Source: the human T2T-CHM13v2.0 reference genome, Homo sapiens. From it: a stretch of 64,000 nt of DNA. Every line of letters starts with the position of its first letter. Positions within the stretch are counted from its first letter, which is position 1. The stretch is from NCBI RefSeq assembly GCF_009914755.1, contig NC_060936.1, one strand, 5' to 3'. Below are positions 32,224 to 51,355 of the stretch, piece by piece. Position numbers and translations under genes: made by a program. The notes below the pieces were generated by a model that saw only the letters and a list, made by a program, of their open reading frames with translations, made no database searches and was not told the origin of the DNA.

Positions 32224-32497
32224 TAGTTAATTTTTACTGTATTAACAGGGAAGAAAATAAACAAGTTCAGAAGACTATATGAGAATGACTAGGGGACAGA
32301 AGAGTCTGCCATATTTTGGGAGAAAGGGGGAGAAGGAAAAGAAAGGAAGGAAGGAAAGGGGGGAAGAACTGAAAGAGGGAGAGAGGGAGGGAGAAAGAAA
32401 AGAGTTAGCTTAGCAGGTTCTTTCACTAACAAAAAGCAGATGAGGAAGAAAGAAAACCAATGTCTTCCTCCTCCTAACCCCTTTCCATAAAATGCTT

Positions 32498-32739
32498 CAA
32501 CATGGTGAAACCCCATCTCTACTAAAAATACAAAAATTAGCCAGGCATGGTGGCGGGCACCTGTAATCCCAGCTACTCGGGGAGCTGAGGCAGGAGAATC
32601 TCTTGAACCCAGGAGGCGGAGGTTGCAGTGAGCCAAGGTCGCCCACTGCACTCCAGCCTGGGTGACAGAGCAAGACTCTGTCTTGAAAGAAAAGAAGAGA
32701 AGAGAAGAGAAGAGAAGAGAAGAGAAGAGAAGAGAAGAG
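32498..32739 (+). mobile_element. 5'-truncated AluS whose tail has become an (AAGAG)n microsatellite (32692-32739)
   Basis: Starts at caacatggtgaaacc; pentanucleotide tail read directly. Confidence 0.92.
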
Positions 32740-33925
32740 CTTACAAATAAAACTATTTAAACCTAACTTTACCCATCAAGTTGCCTAGGGCATAAGCATA
32801 TACCTGCAGAAGCAGGGGGGAAAGGAGTTCTTACTATGTCGTTCCTCTTGTGGAAAATAAAGCTTTTCACTCCTACACAAATCTAAAAAGGGCTATCTCT
32901 TGTGGGGTTGCAACTGCCAAATGGGGTTGATTATCACTTACTATGCTATATAATGTGGTTTATCTACAATCTCCTTATGACTGTTTTCATGAGAGCCAAA
33001 TGAGACAGATTGGAACTCAGCTGTTCACCATTCTTTGAGATTCTAATAAAGTGAAGTGGGTGACCTAAGTCACACAGCAGGTCCTAGAGTCACTAGGCCC
33101 TGTGTTTACTAACAGAAAATACTCCAAAGCAACATTCTGAATGAGAAGCTTGAAATAAGACAATGGATAATGGAAAACTGAACAGATCTAAGATTCACAG
33201 GTATCCAAAATACGAAGATCTTACGTGGGGGTGATAGGGAAGGGATTGATTGATTTGGGGTAAGTAATATATGGTAGTTCCAGTAAATGTGGATTATATT
33301 TTATATGGTATACTATGAGTACAGGCAACATTTAGAACCTACTTTAGGCCTACAGACATTTCATTTAAAGGAAATATGTTTAACCCAAAACCACTATTAA
33401 AAATATCCCCCCAAAAATTATAATTTTATATCCACACTTGACTTGATCTAGTGTGCAGATTATTGCTCTTCTATAAGAAAAAGGACTTTGCACTTAATGC
33501 AAAAAATTCCTTATCTGCCTGTCACGTTCCAACCCTAAAAGCTCAAGAGAAAAAGAGAGGCAATATTCTCAAGTGTGTGGTATAGAGTGTCATATCTCCT
33601 TGACCAAAATAATCAGAGATTGAGCCTTGTTGTAAATAAACCTGGGAGGCTCCCCACCTGGAGTGAAGGTTGTTACAATTATAACTGAAAAGGGCAGTCT
33701 GAAGCACTAAAAAATTGAAACTGGGAACCCTGTCTCTCCACCAAGAGCTCCGAAGAGAATGACCCCAGACACAGAGATAGGGTCTTATTCTTAATTCCTA
33801 TTTATTTACCAAGCAGTAACTTTGGAACTTGATTAGTTTGCTGAGGTTTTCTTACTGCAAACACATATTCCTGTCTAATTAATTAGCTTTCTGATGCTTC
33901 TCAACCTACTGCAGGCATGATCAAC

Positions 33926-34729
33926 TAAGGGTTCTCAAACCCACTTCCCCCAACCCTCCTACCCCAGGCACATCTGGCAATGTCTAGAGACATTTTTGGT
34001 TATCACATCTGGAGGGGAGGGTGCTAATGGCATCTAGGAGGTAGGAGTCAGGGATGCAGCTAAACATCTTATACAGCGCATCCCCCACAACAAAGAATTA
34101 TTCAGATCAAAATGTCAGTAGTGCTGAGGTTACACTGTCAATGTACCTTGCTTCAATTTATTTCTAAATCCATGATTTTTTTTTAATTTCACGAATGCAG
34201 CATATAAATTTGTTTTAAGACAGGGTCTTGTTCTGTCGCCCAGGCTGGAATGCAATGGTGCAAACACGGTCATTGCAGCCTCAACCTCCTTCGCTCCAGC
34301 GATCCTACTGTCTTGGCCTCCCATGTGGCTGGAGCTACAAGCATGTACTACCATGTCTGGCTAATTTTTTGATTTTTTGTAGAGACTAGGTCTCATTTTG
34401 TTGCCCAGGCTGGTCTCAAACTCCAGCAATCCTCCCGCCTCGACCTCCAAACGTGCTGGGATTACAGGTGTGAGGCACTACACCCGGCCCATATAAATGT
34501 TTAATCCTAAGTGATAAAACTGCATTATTTTAACTTTTTTTCTGTGCTTTATTCCACTAAATTTAATACCTAAGTTTTCATGCCTGTTTCTAAATTGTAC
34601 ATAATTTTTAAAACATAAAATGCTTTGTAGTTATAGCAATATAATCTAATTCTTAATGTAATGATCAAGTGAACAGATTACAAGAAAATAACCTGAAAAA
34701 AAGAATAGTGCTGAGGTTGAGAAACTTTG
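33926..34729 (+). mobile_element. MER20 split near its 3' end by a TSD-flanked insertion (34132-34703) that contains an antisense AluJ (34217-34489)
   Basis: MER20 body at 33926-34131; terminus aatagtgctgaggttgagaaactttg resumes at 34704. Confidence 0.85.
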
Positions 34730-34919
34730 ACACTGGACAACATAGGGAACTTATTTTTCCAAGGGCCTGAACACCAAGAAAATTATCTCAAGTAGGTCTC
34801 AGGTCTGCAGAACAGACAGGCCAGATGCTAGAAAGCAAAAAGTTAATGCAACTCCAAGCCTTTTCTTAACATCAACCTAATAATATCCACTTTTCTGGAA
34901 GCAGTTTAAGAAAAAAAAG

Positions 34920-35227
34920 AGCCGGGCGCAGTGGCTTATGCCTGTAATCCCAGCACTTTGGGAGGCCGAAGCGAGTGGATCACGAGGTCAGGAGATCGAG
35001 ACCATCCTGGCTAACACGGTGAAACCCCGTCTCTACTAAAAATACAAAAAATTAGCTGGGCATGGTGGCGGGCGCTTGCAGTCCCAGCTACTCGGGAGGC
35101 TGAGGCAGGAGAATGGCGTGAACCCAGGGGGGCGGAGCTTGCAGTGAGCCGAGATCGCGCCACTGCACTCCAGCCTGGGGGACAGAGCGAGACTCCGTCT
35201 CAAAAAAAAAGAAAAAAGAAAAAGAAA
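34920..35227 (+). mobile_element. AluY, CpG-rich and young
   Basis: Near-consensus AluY. Confidence 0.97.
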
Positions 35228-36084
35228 ATTTTACATATTGTCCTTTATGTAAAGGATTTAACTCTCAGACTTGGGGGGCATTTTGAAGAGCAGCTTCTCT
35301 AACCTCTTAAATTATGCATTTTCACTAGCATCAGTTTTTTCTAGAGAAAGTATAAAAGATCAAGTTCCCAAGGATTTGTCTAGGTCACCAAATGGCTCAG
35401 TTGTAAAATCAGTCTTAAAACCTAAGTCGATTTTCTCTTAGACCTATCCTTTTTTGCGGAGTTGACTTCCAAATTCATATTTTAGTACATACCAACTTTA
35501 TTAGAAGATTTTTAAACTCTAATCTTTTTTTACTTTGTCATCTTTTTCCTAAAGTAGTCTCACTCTTGATCTCAGTAGCTACCCTCCTGCCGTCCTACTT
35601 AGCATGTGGAATACAGTTTAATTTCTACCAAAGATCCAAGACTTAAAAATGATATTTTGAGCACTTGGTTCTTAACACTTAAGGATATTTGGTTCAAATG
35701 CTCCAGTGATTAATTTCAATTTTGCTGCATAGGAAATAGAGGATTTGACATGCAGGAGTTTCCATTTCATCAAAATATTTTAAAGTAAAAAAGATAATAT
35801 AACAAAAGACAGTCTATAACAGGCAAGGAAAATGAAGAGAGAAACAAAATAAGCATTTTCCTTTATTTCTAACCAAACTATAACAATGCTCCTAAAAATG
35901 TCTTGGAGGGTATTAACAGGCACTATAAATAAAAAGGTGCCACGGTCTGGGAAATGGTTCTGTGTCCCTGTCCCCACCCCCATACACTGCCAAAGGCTCC
36001 AAAACATTGTTCACCATTTTATCCCAACACTTCCCAAACTTAGGAGGACCAAGAACACTTTTTAGTATAAACTCTATTAAGCTA

Positions 36085-36207
<123 letters not shown>

Positions 36208-36365
36208 TCAGGACCATGAATTGCCTCCTCCATCCCAATCAGCAAGCAAGTGCTAACCTAGAATCTCAATTGAGCCAAAAATCTTTGTTTATGTATTCTG
36301 TTATATAGACCTCCTCTATTGGTGGATATAAATTATTAGCATACATTTTGCAAAATGAATTTAAC

Positions 36366-36465
36366 CGAAAGGAAGGAAGGAAGGAGAGAGAGAGGGAGAG
36401 AGGGGGAAAGAGAAAAAGGGCGAGAGGGAGCAAGGAAGGATAGGAGAGAAAGAAAAGGAAGAGAA
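36366..36465. repeat. GA-rich low-complexity tract
   Basis: Almost purely purine on the + strand. Confidence 0.85.
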
Positions 36466-36716
36466 ATGAAACACATATTATTCAATGGATTATTTCTCCT
36501 AGAGACACACATTTCACATGAGGAAAACTAAGGCCAAAAGGAGCTATGAAATTTTCCCAAGGTCATGTAGCTAGGCAATGGAAAAGCTGAGACTCTATCT
36601 CAAATTTTGTGATTCCTGGACTAACAAACATTGTATTCCCACAACATTCTCAGATGTACACAAAACATCAGATGAATGAAGACATGAAGAACCACTTACC
36701 AACTGAGGATTTTGTA

Positions 36717-37040
<324 letters not shown>

Positions 37041-37415
37041 TTAGAGAAGTACAGCTCCATGGTCTTACACTACTATGTGGTATGACATTTCCTTCTGCAA
37101 ACCAAATTCAGTTCTTCTATCATATAACCCAAAGAACCCATGCAAGAGTTCCCAGTCTTATTTAGCTACATTAATAGATATTACTAGCAAACTTGAGCAC
37201 ATTACAATTCTAGATCTATTGCACTGCTGGATAAGCAAGCTGAAATGTCCTCCATCTTGGAAAGTTTGCTTTCAGCCAGTTATTGGTAGACTGGCTAAAA
37301 ACTGGATGGGGCGTTATCTTGATCTTGAAATCACTCATCCACTCATTTCCATGCAGGAACTCTTATGCGACACAGGAAAATCCTCAGCATAAAAATGCTA
37401 CCAGAGTCTCACTTA

Positions 37416-37577
<162 letters not shown>

Positions 37578-38002
37578 TTATTAATTCTTCACACACCCAA
37601 AAATAGGGAATGCCTCAATTAGATCCTCGAATATCACCTGACGTGTTATAATAACAAGGTCTCCACAAAGCAAAGAAGATGTGTAAGGCACGCTGTAAGT
37701 CATGTAGGATGAAGTCCCTGCCCTAAGGAAATTACATCTGTTACCCAGGGGAATCAATATAATGAAAGACTAGTCCCAGACACCATGCACAGTGTTTGCA
37801 AGGCAAGCTTGAACAGTTGAATTAAATCCACCCACTTTCCCACCCACAAGTTGACACCCCAGACATTCCCTAGGATTAGGTACAGTGTAGACGGATATTC
37901 CTAGAGGGCAACCACTCTTATATCCTTTCTGTATTCCCCTCAGCACCCAGCAGAATACAGAAGGCTTGCAATAAATGTGATACAATCTTTTCCTTTTATA
38001 GT

Positions 38003-38420
38003 CAGTGTGGAAGGCAACTGACAGCCTCTATTCAAAATTTAAATGTGAAAATATCCCCTTTGACCTAGTAATTCCACTTCTAACAATTTACAGGTACTTA
38101 CAATAGTTTGCAGATAAATAGAAAGATAAATAGATTCCTTGCAGTATTGTTTGTAACAGGGGAAAAAAACATGGAAATCATTCAGCTATCCATCAGTTAG
38201 AGACTGGCTAAAATATGACATATGTAAACAATGGGATAAGACAAAGATATTAAAAACAAACAGATTCCATTTATTCATACTGCCATGGAAAATTGTCCAT
38301 GACAATATAAAGTGAAATCTTGTAAAGAATAAAGTACAACCCCTTTTTTGAAATAAACAAGGAATTATTACATGTGTTGGTACATACACAGGAAAAAAAT
38401 CTTGAAGAAGAATATGAAGC
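38003..38420 (+). mobile_element. L1ME-like fragment
   Basis: ccctttgacctagtaattccacttcta...gcagtattgtttgtaa, the typical old L1 ORF2/3'UTR junction. Confidence 0.7.
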
Positions 38421-38539
38421 CTCAAGTAAAATGTTTGATTAGCAAAAAGAAACTCTTCTACCCCAAGGAACTGAAATCCTTTCTCCTTTTGATGATAAAC
38501 AGGTGTGATATTCCTGAGTCCCTAGGTAGCTATAAGGCC

Positions 38540-38720
38540 AGTTAGCCTGGGCGGCTTCAGCCTCCTGCTGGTGACTTCACCTCGCTGCCTTTCAGTTTCA
38601 TCCTCTCTAAAACAGGGATAAGACTAATCCTCTTGCAGCACTGTGTGAGGATTGAGTAAGACAAGGTCCTAGGAGGGCCTGGCACAGTGCCTGGCACCAA
38701 CATGAAGTCTTCACCTACCA
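38540..38720 (+). mobile_element. MIR SINE
   Basis: tcagtttcatcctctctaaaacagggataa...gtgaggattgagtaa...cacagtgcctggcac. Confidence 0.7.
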
Positions 38721-39337
38721 TTCAATTCCCTTTCTTCCCCCCCACTTTACTGCATGATCCTTTCTGCTCTGGCCAGCAAAAAGAACCCATTTAGACAATC
38801 GCTGTAGCCATGTTAACCCTTATTGAGTTCTCCTGTCCTTCGCCCTGATTTCCCATTTTATTAGCCATGCTATAAATGTCTTGGAAGTTGTCTCATATGC
38901 TTTCTGGGAAAAAGGCAAGATCTGAATATACTTCTTAAAAAAAACACTAAATCTCACAAACTACTGCATTCCAAAAGCCAACTCGGGGATGTGAATTCTC
39001 ACCATCATCCTCCAAACTCCTGCTTGCTTTTAGTCCAGAATTAGAAGAAAGCTCTAGACAAGTCAGAAGTAGAGCATCTGCACAGAGCCCCAAAGGCCTC
39101 AGGCTGGTCCAGTAAAATCTCCAGGAAGTGTGCCCAGCACCAAGGCAACCCCAAACCAGAGACCCCTGGAGAAGCCAGTGACTCGCGCATCCTCCCTGGG
39201 GGCTCCTTATAACCTGGGAATCTACTCCATTCACATGGTTTCTGACAACAGCAGACATTAAGCCAGACACTGGACAATTGCATTTGAAGAGTAAGGTTCC
39301 ACTTGTATAACAATTGCTGAAAAAATTTTGATTTATG

Positions 39338-39647
<310 letters not shown>

Positions 39648-41118
39648 ATGAACAAGAGGAACACTTAGAAGGGGGCAGCACCTAACATACACACCTTCTT
39701 TCCCCCAAGTTCCTAGCAGACATTAGTTACTCACCCCAGTCCTCGAGGAGCCCACAGGAGCCACCTGGCTGCCTGTAGCTCACCCACTCATCCCAACCTG
39801 GTTCTCCATAGGCCCTGGGTATGTGGGTGAATGCTAATTTATATGTCTGTTTTAAATATATATTGACATCGAAAAGGTCTTAAATATCCAAAAAAAGAAA
39901 AAGGAAAGAAATTCACAGATAATAACAGAAGTACTTATACTTTTAGTACTGAAATGTCTTAAAATAAGAACAATGCATATTTATGACGACACGCCACAGT
40001 TATAAATTTCCTATGGCTGTATTAAAGATGTGAAAAAAACAGTATGGCTTGTAAGTTTAAGGCTGAGAAAGTCATACGCATAGCAGAGCAGCCACCGGCA
40101 ACTCTTAAGAACTGACAAACTGAACACAACTTAGTATTTGGCAGCTACTCCTGACATTCTATTTGCAATGACCAGTAAAATAGTTCAGAAAACAAGAGCC
40201 AGCTTGTAAAGTGGCAAAAAGACATGTATTCTTTGCTTCCATTCAGAAGATCCAACTTCCTGAACTGAAAATCCCCTCCCAAGTCAGATCAGTCTAAGAG
40301 TGGAACAACTTCCCATTTCTTCAAAACCAGGGTTGATTGAGAAAACAAGCAACAAAAATTACAACAGCTGCTACACAGCATGCTTCACAACATGAGGCCA
40401 AAACAGACACACTCAATGACAAACCTCTAAATAGACCGGGTCCTTATCAAAGATGCTAATCAAACTTGACCCACCAACACTATTCCAGGTTACCACACCA
40501 AAAATTCCAACAGTGCACCATTAGGAGAATGTAAGCCAGACATTTACTAAGTAAATGTGGCTATCCCAAGATGTTACCCATATCCCAAAACTATACTACT
40601 GGGGTATAGCTGCTCATTCTAGTATGAATGGAGGCCATGGGGAAGATGGCTTGTGTGTGGCCAACCACAGCTTATTCAATCATCATGCTGTTAGAGCTTA
40701 AAGATACAATAAAGACCCAGGACTTGAGTGCTTTCATAAAATACGTTTGGATTGTTAAAATGGTACCAAGAGGTTCCAAAAGCATCATCTAAAGTAACAA
40801 ACTAGCAGTCTTTGAGTCTTCTTATCAGGTGACTTGCTGTGAACCAAAGAACAGGGTCAGCAGAAAATGATGAAGAAGTTAAGGACCAAGTCGCCACCCA
40901 GGTTGTGACCAAGAGTCCATTCACAGCATCTGGTTTTGTCCAAAAATGTAACTCTGTCCCTGACTTTTACTCTTCAGAGATGCCCAGTAAGGCACTGATT
41001 CTAAAAACCAGGATAGCCTTGGCTTCTACCCCAAGACAACTGTAGGTCCTCTAGGTTAGAACTTCCCAAGCCTGATTGTCCATCAGAATCACCAGAAGTG
41101 CTTGTTAAAAATAAGACA

Positions 41119-41265
41119 AGCCAGGCATGTTGGCTCATGCCTATCCTAGCCCTTTGGGAGGCTGAGGCAGTACAATCGCTTGAGGCCAGGAGTTTTGAGA
41201 CCAGCTTGGGCAACAAAGCCAGACCCCACCTCTAATAAAAATTAAAAATTTAAAAGAAAATAAAA
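41119..41265 (+). mobile_element. FLAM/Alu monomer within a MER5-like fragment
   Basis: Left-monomer sequence followed by an A-rich tail. Confidence 0.85.
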
Positions 41266-41391
41266 TAGACTCATCTAAATCAATACTTGAGTGCCTATCG
41301 TGCCAGCCACTATTCTAGATGTTAGGGAAACAGCAGTGAATAAAACAGAAAAAATCCCCGACTCCATAAAGCTGACGTTCCGGTATAATGA

Positions 41392-41710
<319 letters not shown>

Positions 41711-43291
41711 TAAAATAATAATAATAAGAAGTATAGTAACATAAAGCATATCTCTTTCCCATCCCAACCACTTAGGGAGCTTAAAGGATTCCAGGGAATA
41801 ACCCCAGACTTCATGGATCACATTCCATGGGTGGGACCCAGGAATCTATAGTAAAAGGAGCTACTGCGGTGATTCAGAGGCAGCTAGCCCAGCACTGTGT
41901 TGGGACCCACTGCTGAGGAGGCTGTGGAACCAATATGGCTCCCTACTCCAAGTGAATTGAAAGTTTCCATAGCAGCAATGCCCTTGATGAAACGTGACTT
42001 TCATATAGCCATCACCTCTGCTGCTTATATTTTTTTCAGTGACTACCTGGAGCCTTTCTGCATATCAAGACAAGATCACTGACGACAAAGGGCTGGAAAA
42101 TAACCAGTCCATCAGCACTGAAGCCAGTGATCTTCCCTCCTTACAAGGACTGGAGATGTCTCCTGCACACACAATGAGCAGCTGCAGGTCACCCAAATGA
42201 GGATCACCAAGGCATGGTAATCAAAGGCTGGGGGCACAGGAGGAGGAAAGAGTCCTAGAGTGAAACAGCCCAAAACAATGTGGCAACCCCGCTGATGGCA
42301 GAGAAAGCACAGCAGCTGACAGACGAGCCTGGCTTGGAGCTATAATGGACTTGCTCTTTTAAAGCAAAGACTTTCAGGCCAACAGAGACAGACCCTTCTG
42401 ATGGCAGCAGCTGCAGATGCTAATTAAAGGGCAAATCTCACATGTGTTCAGTTTGGAAGTAGCGGCTGCTTCTCTGTTGGTGTTTGCATCCATACCCCAG
42501 TACCAGGAAGGCAATTTCCATCCATTGTGTTGCATTTGAAACGAAGGACAAATGTGTCTGTGCACACGTGCACACACACATATACAATGAACCCACGTGC
42601 ATGCTTGCATATGCGGGGATGGGGTGAATATTGAACAGTTCTTTAGTACTCTATTCCAATTCACATAGGGCATTAGAGGCATGCTGTGCTAGCCACCTCT
42701 TAGAAATGTCTCCTTGAAATGTTTGCACGCTCAGCACAACTGAAAGTGCCGTGAAAATGTAATGACGCTGGCGGCATCGTTATCCGCTCTGCCCAATGTT
42801 CCTGATCTTTGGCATGAGGGAGGAGAGAAGGGGTCCTCAAAGCAGAGTGGCCTCTGAGCAGAGTGGCCCCGATATTATTCTTCTTGAGAATAAAAACTCT
42901 GTTATTTTCTTCTTGGTCAAAGTGACCAAGAGAAAAAGAGAGAAGCACCTTTATCTTAGAAAACATGAAACCCAGCCTGTTTCATCCATCTATGCGAAAA
43001 ATCCTCATTGAGTACTGAATCATCCAGAGTCTTGCCAAGAAACAGACAGGACACGCAAAACAGGGAATTGAGGACGTTCATTAGGGAAGGGGCTATTTAC
43101 AAAGGTTCAGGTTAGGAGAAGAAAAATAAACTTGGGATGATGAAGCACCCCAGGGCTAGCAACAGAAGAGGACCAGATACCATGCCTGGGCCTGAAAGAG
43201 CAAGGACAGGGATTTCGGATGTGTACACTATTACTGAAGGGACAAAAGGAAGAAGCTATAACCAGAAACTAACTATAGCTACAGCTATAGA

Positions 43292-43735
43292 ACAATGGTT
43301 CTCAAAATGAGGTCCCTACACCAGCAGCAGCATTACCTGGAAACTAGTTAGAAATGCAAAGTCTTGGCCAAGTGCAGTGGCTCATGCCAGGAATGCCGGC
43401 ATTTGGGGAGGCTGAAGCAGGAGGATCACTTCAGCCCAGGAATTCAAGACCAGCCTGAGCAACACAGTGAGACCCCCATCCTTACAAAAAATTAAAAAGG
43501 TGGCAGGGCATGGTAGTATATGCCTATAGTCCCAGCTACTCAGGAGGGTGAGGTGGGAGGACGGCTTGAGCCCAGGAGTTTGAGGCTACAATGAGCTACG
43601 ATCGTGCCACTGCACTCCAGCTTGGATGACACAGTCAGACTCTGTCTCGAAAAAAGAAGAAGAAATGCAAATTATTGGGCCCCACCCCAGACCTACTGAA
43701 TCAGAAACTCTGGGGATGGGGCCAAGCAAGCTGGG
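43292..43735 (+). mobile_element. MER5A split by AluJ (43366-43660)
   Basis: TSD agaaatgcaaagtctt/agaaatgcaaattatt; MER5A resumes gggccccaccccagacctactgaatcagaaactctgggg. Confidence 0.9.
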
Positions 43736-44466
43736 ACAACATAACTGAATTGTGGCTCCTAAAATGGCAGAAGTGTAAATGCACTCACTTGAAACATGCC
43801 TCAAAACACCAGAATAAAAAAAAACAACTATTTCAAAGGCACAGAAAACTCAAAGAACTTCCCAAAGGCAACAATACACTCAGCAATTGAATTGAAGTCA
43901 ATAAGAGGAATTAATATCTCATTTCACCGATAAGAAAATTGAAGCGGAAAAGGCCAGTGACTCTGGAGAGACCAAACAAGGAATGGTAATAAAACAAGAA
44001 CCAATATTCTAAGTCACAGCCTCATTCTGATGGGCAGCTGGTTTCCAAACCCTGGCTTCAGAAGCAGCAGCATGTGAGCAGGCCTGGTGAGTTTTGAGAC
44101 ATGCCTGAAAAATCAGATAATCTTAGCTGAGAGATCAAAACAGCACATGTCTCACTGTCAAAACTATCATAAGCTGCCACATTTCACTAAAGTAAACAAT
44201 GAAGTTGTGTTCATTAACTCCCTCCAGATTCCCAATGACAGCATAGCCTGCTATTCATGAAAGCCTAGAAACAGCCCACTTTCAAATTGTTCCTATATAG
44301 GAAACAAACGCTGCCCATAAAATTACACAGGTGTGGGTTGAAAGCAAGATAATATAAAGAACTCATCCCAAGCAGGGCATCAGATCCAGTGGTTTCAGAT
44401 CCAGAAGTATAATGCCTTGAGTAAGAATATGGAAGGTGAAACTACAGGCCTGGCTTCAAAGCTTAG

Positions 44467-45268
<802 letters not shown>

Positions 45269-45439
45269 TCTCTACATGCAACCAGGGAAAAACATTTGGA
45301 GTGAACACAAGGAAGTCATTGTAAGGTTAGAACATGGAAAAGAAGTTCATGAGTCAATTGCAGGCTCAGAGCAAGGGTAATCTGAAGAAAACCACAGTAG
45401 GAAAAACATCAGCACAAATAATTTAGACAAAACAATACT

Positions 45440-45745
45440 GGCAGGGCACAGTGACTCACGCCTGTAATCCCAACACTTTGGGACGCCAAGGCAGGCAGAT
45501 CATGAGGTCAAGAGTTTGAGACCAGCCTGACCAATATGGTGAAACTCCGTCTCTACTAAAACAACAAAAATTAGCCAGGCATGGTGGTGTGCGCCTGTAA
45601 TCCCAGCTACTCAGGAGGCTGAGGCAGGAGAATCAATTGAACCCAGGAGGTAGAGGTTGCACTGAGCTGAGATCATGCCACTGCACTCCAGCCAGGGTGA
45701 CAGAGCGAGACTGCATCTCAAAAAAAAAAAAAAAAAAAAAAAAAA
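45440..45745 (+). mobile_element. AluS
   Basis: Full dimer; TSD aatactg. Confidence 0.95.
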
Positions 45746-46214
45746 TACTGCAAGTGGTGGGATGCAAAACTATGTGTTCTTTGTGAAGATCAGCTCCTTC
45801 ATGGAAGGACACTGATGAAGGCATCTGTTATGCAGAATTGAACAGATTTCTTCATGAACCAGATCAACAGAGCACTGTTTCCATCAGCCACATGCAGAAT
45901 ACAGGACTAGCTTTGTTATATAGAACCAGACATTATGACAGAGTTTGCGACAATTTTCTATAGACCAGAAAACAATAAGCCACATTCACTGGCTTATTGT
46001 GGTATGTCACCACAAATGGGAAATTTTTAACCATCAAAATGCAAAAGAACTCAAGTTCAATTTCCTTGCACTGCATTCCAAATTTTGAAAATCTCACTGA
46101 GTCTATCTTGAATTACACACGTGAAAGAAAATAACTCCACTGAGAATATAATGCAAGTTCCGTAATACAATAAGTAAATTTGAATGCACATCAAATTTCT
46201 ATGAAATTAATCAC

Positions 46215-46830
46215 ACATTCATCCAATAAATATTGCTTAAGCATTGACTTGGTAAAGCTCTACTCTCCCTTTATGGATGAAGTAGCCTAGTGGGACAGAC
46301 CAGCACCCACTCATAAAGGAGAAGTACAGGGTGCAATGAGCGTACAGTCAAAAGGCGCCATTCCAGAAGTATAGGGTCTAGGAAGGGCTTCTGGAAGAAG
46401 TGAAATCTGATCCAACCCAGAAAGAGAAAGAGGAGTTAGCAAGGTGAACAGGGAAAGAGTGAACAGCATGGAAAAAGGTCAGAGGCAAGGTCAAAGAACC
46501 AAAGGAAGTTCAGGATGTTAAGGTAGAAAGAGAGAAACAGTAAGTGGCTGGGGACAAGTGCAAGAAAGGCCTGGTAAGTCACGTGGAAGAGTCTGGACTT
46601 CATCCAGAGGACAGCAGGGAGTCTTGAAGGGTTTCAACAGCGGGCTGACTTGGCTGCAGTATGTGGAAGACCTGGGAGAAGGGCCAGACAGATGGCAGGG
46701 AAAATACTTCAGAGGTTATCACAGTAATTCAGAGTAGAGAAGATGGATGCCTGAAACCCACACAGCAGAGGCAAGACTGGAGAGAAGAGACAGCCAGGAG
46801 GGATATACCATAGGAGGTAGAATCCTGTTG
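46215..46830 (-). mobile_element. L2 fragment
   Basis: cattcatccaataaatatt...ggaagggcttctggaagaagtga...gagtcttgaagggttt. Confidence 0.7.
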
Positions 46831-46861
46831 TTTTTTTCATTGATTTAAAATGTATCTTCAG

Positions 46862-47197
<336 letters not shown>

Positions 47198-47269
47198 TCA
47201 AAGGTTTGTTGATGTAAAAGTGGCCAATAGATAGGATGGAATTTCAGGACTGTACGGTACCGATATAAA

Positions 47270-47920
<651 letters not shown>

Positions 47921-48170
47921 GAGCATATCTTAATTTCCATGCTAAATTTGAGCTTTTATGTGAAAACTATACCCTTAGCAAGCATTTTACTCAAAAGCAA
48001 CAAAGTACTTGAGAAGAAAATGGAGACAAGAAAATATTAATAATTACAAAATCCCATCAGTAATACCCAATTGAGCTACAAAACAAGGGAGTAAAAATGT
48101 CATTGACCCAAGTAGCAGTGTGCTGAGGCAACCAGAACTCCAAAAAACAGCTGCATTAAGAACCCTCCTA

Positions 48171-49275
<1,105 letters not shown>

Positions 49276-49317
<42 letters not shown>
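49276..49317. repeat. (CA)~21 perfect microsatellite in an Alu tail
   Basis: Read directly. Confidence 0.97.
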
Positions 49318-49322
<5 letters not shown>

Positions 49323-49955
49323 AAGGAAAGTTATTTCTACTATGACAAAACTAGGTGATGGTAATAAGAACGGTGACATCAAAGTGAGAAATTATCAAAG
49401 TGCCCAGATAGTACCCTCCTGAAGATGTGATTTGAGAACTGTTTAGACATGAAACAATGCACTCCCATCAACATGTAAGAAAACTACATTTGGGCATTCC
49501 TGCTGGGACTCCTCTGATCATCCTCACTGGCCACAGGGGAGGCAAGCAGTGGTTTCCCTGAAGCTACTGAGCAGTAGCCTGCCACATGGACCACTAAATC
49601 CTCAACTGAGTTCCTTCACACAGAACACTCAAAATCTGTCAGTGCCTCTACCAAAATGGACCTTGATGATGTGAAAATCCCAAAGCATTTCAATAATGCT
49701 TACTTTTAAGAATAAGTTGCCTGAGACTAGACACCAAGAAGGGGAGCTCTTCAGCTCAGAGAAAAGAAATATGAGTTTATGGAGCAGTGCAAGGTAGACC
49801 AGAAAACTGTGGACTCTCAACTTTGGTCCAAAAAATCAAAGCCCTTCCTAATTCCAGGACCACTTAGATTCTGTGTGGCCTTGAAAATGAAGTTTATCTT
49901 CACAAGCTAGTGTTCTAAACCTCCTGTAGAGCTCGAATTAAAATATCTAAAAATA

Positions 49956-51355
<1,400 letters not shown>

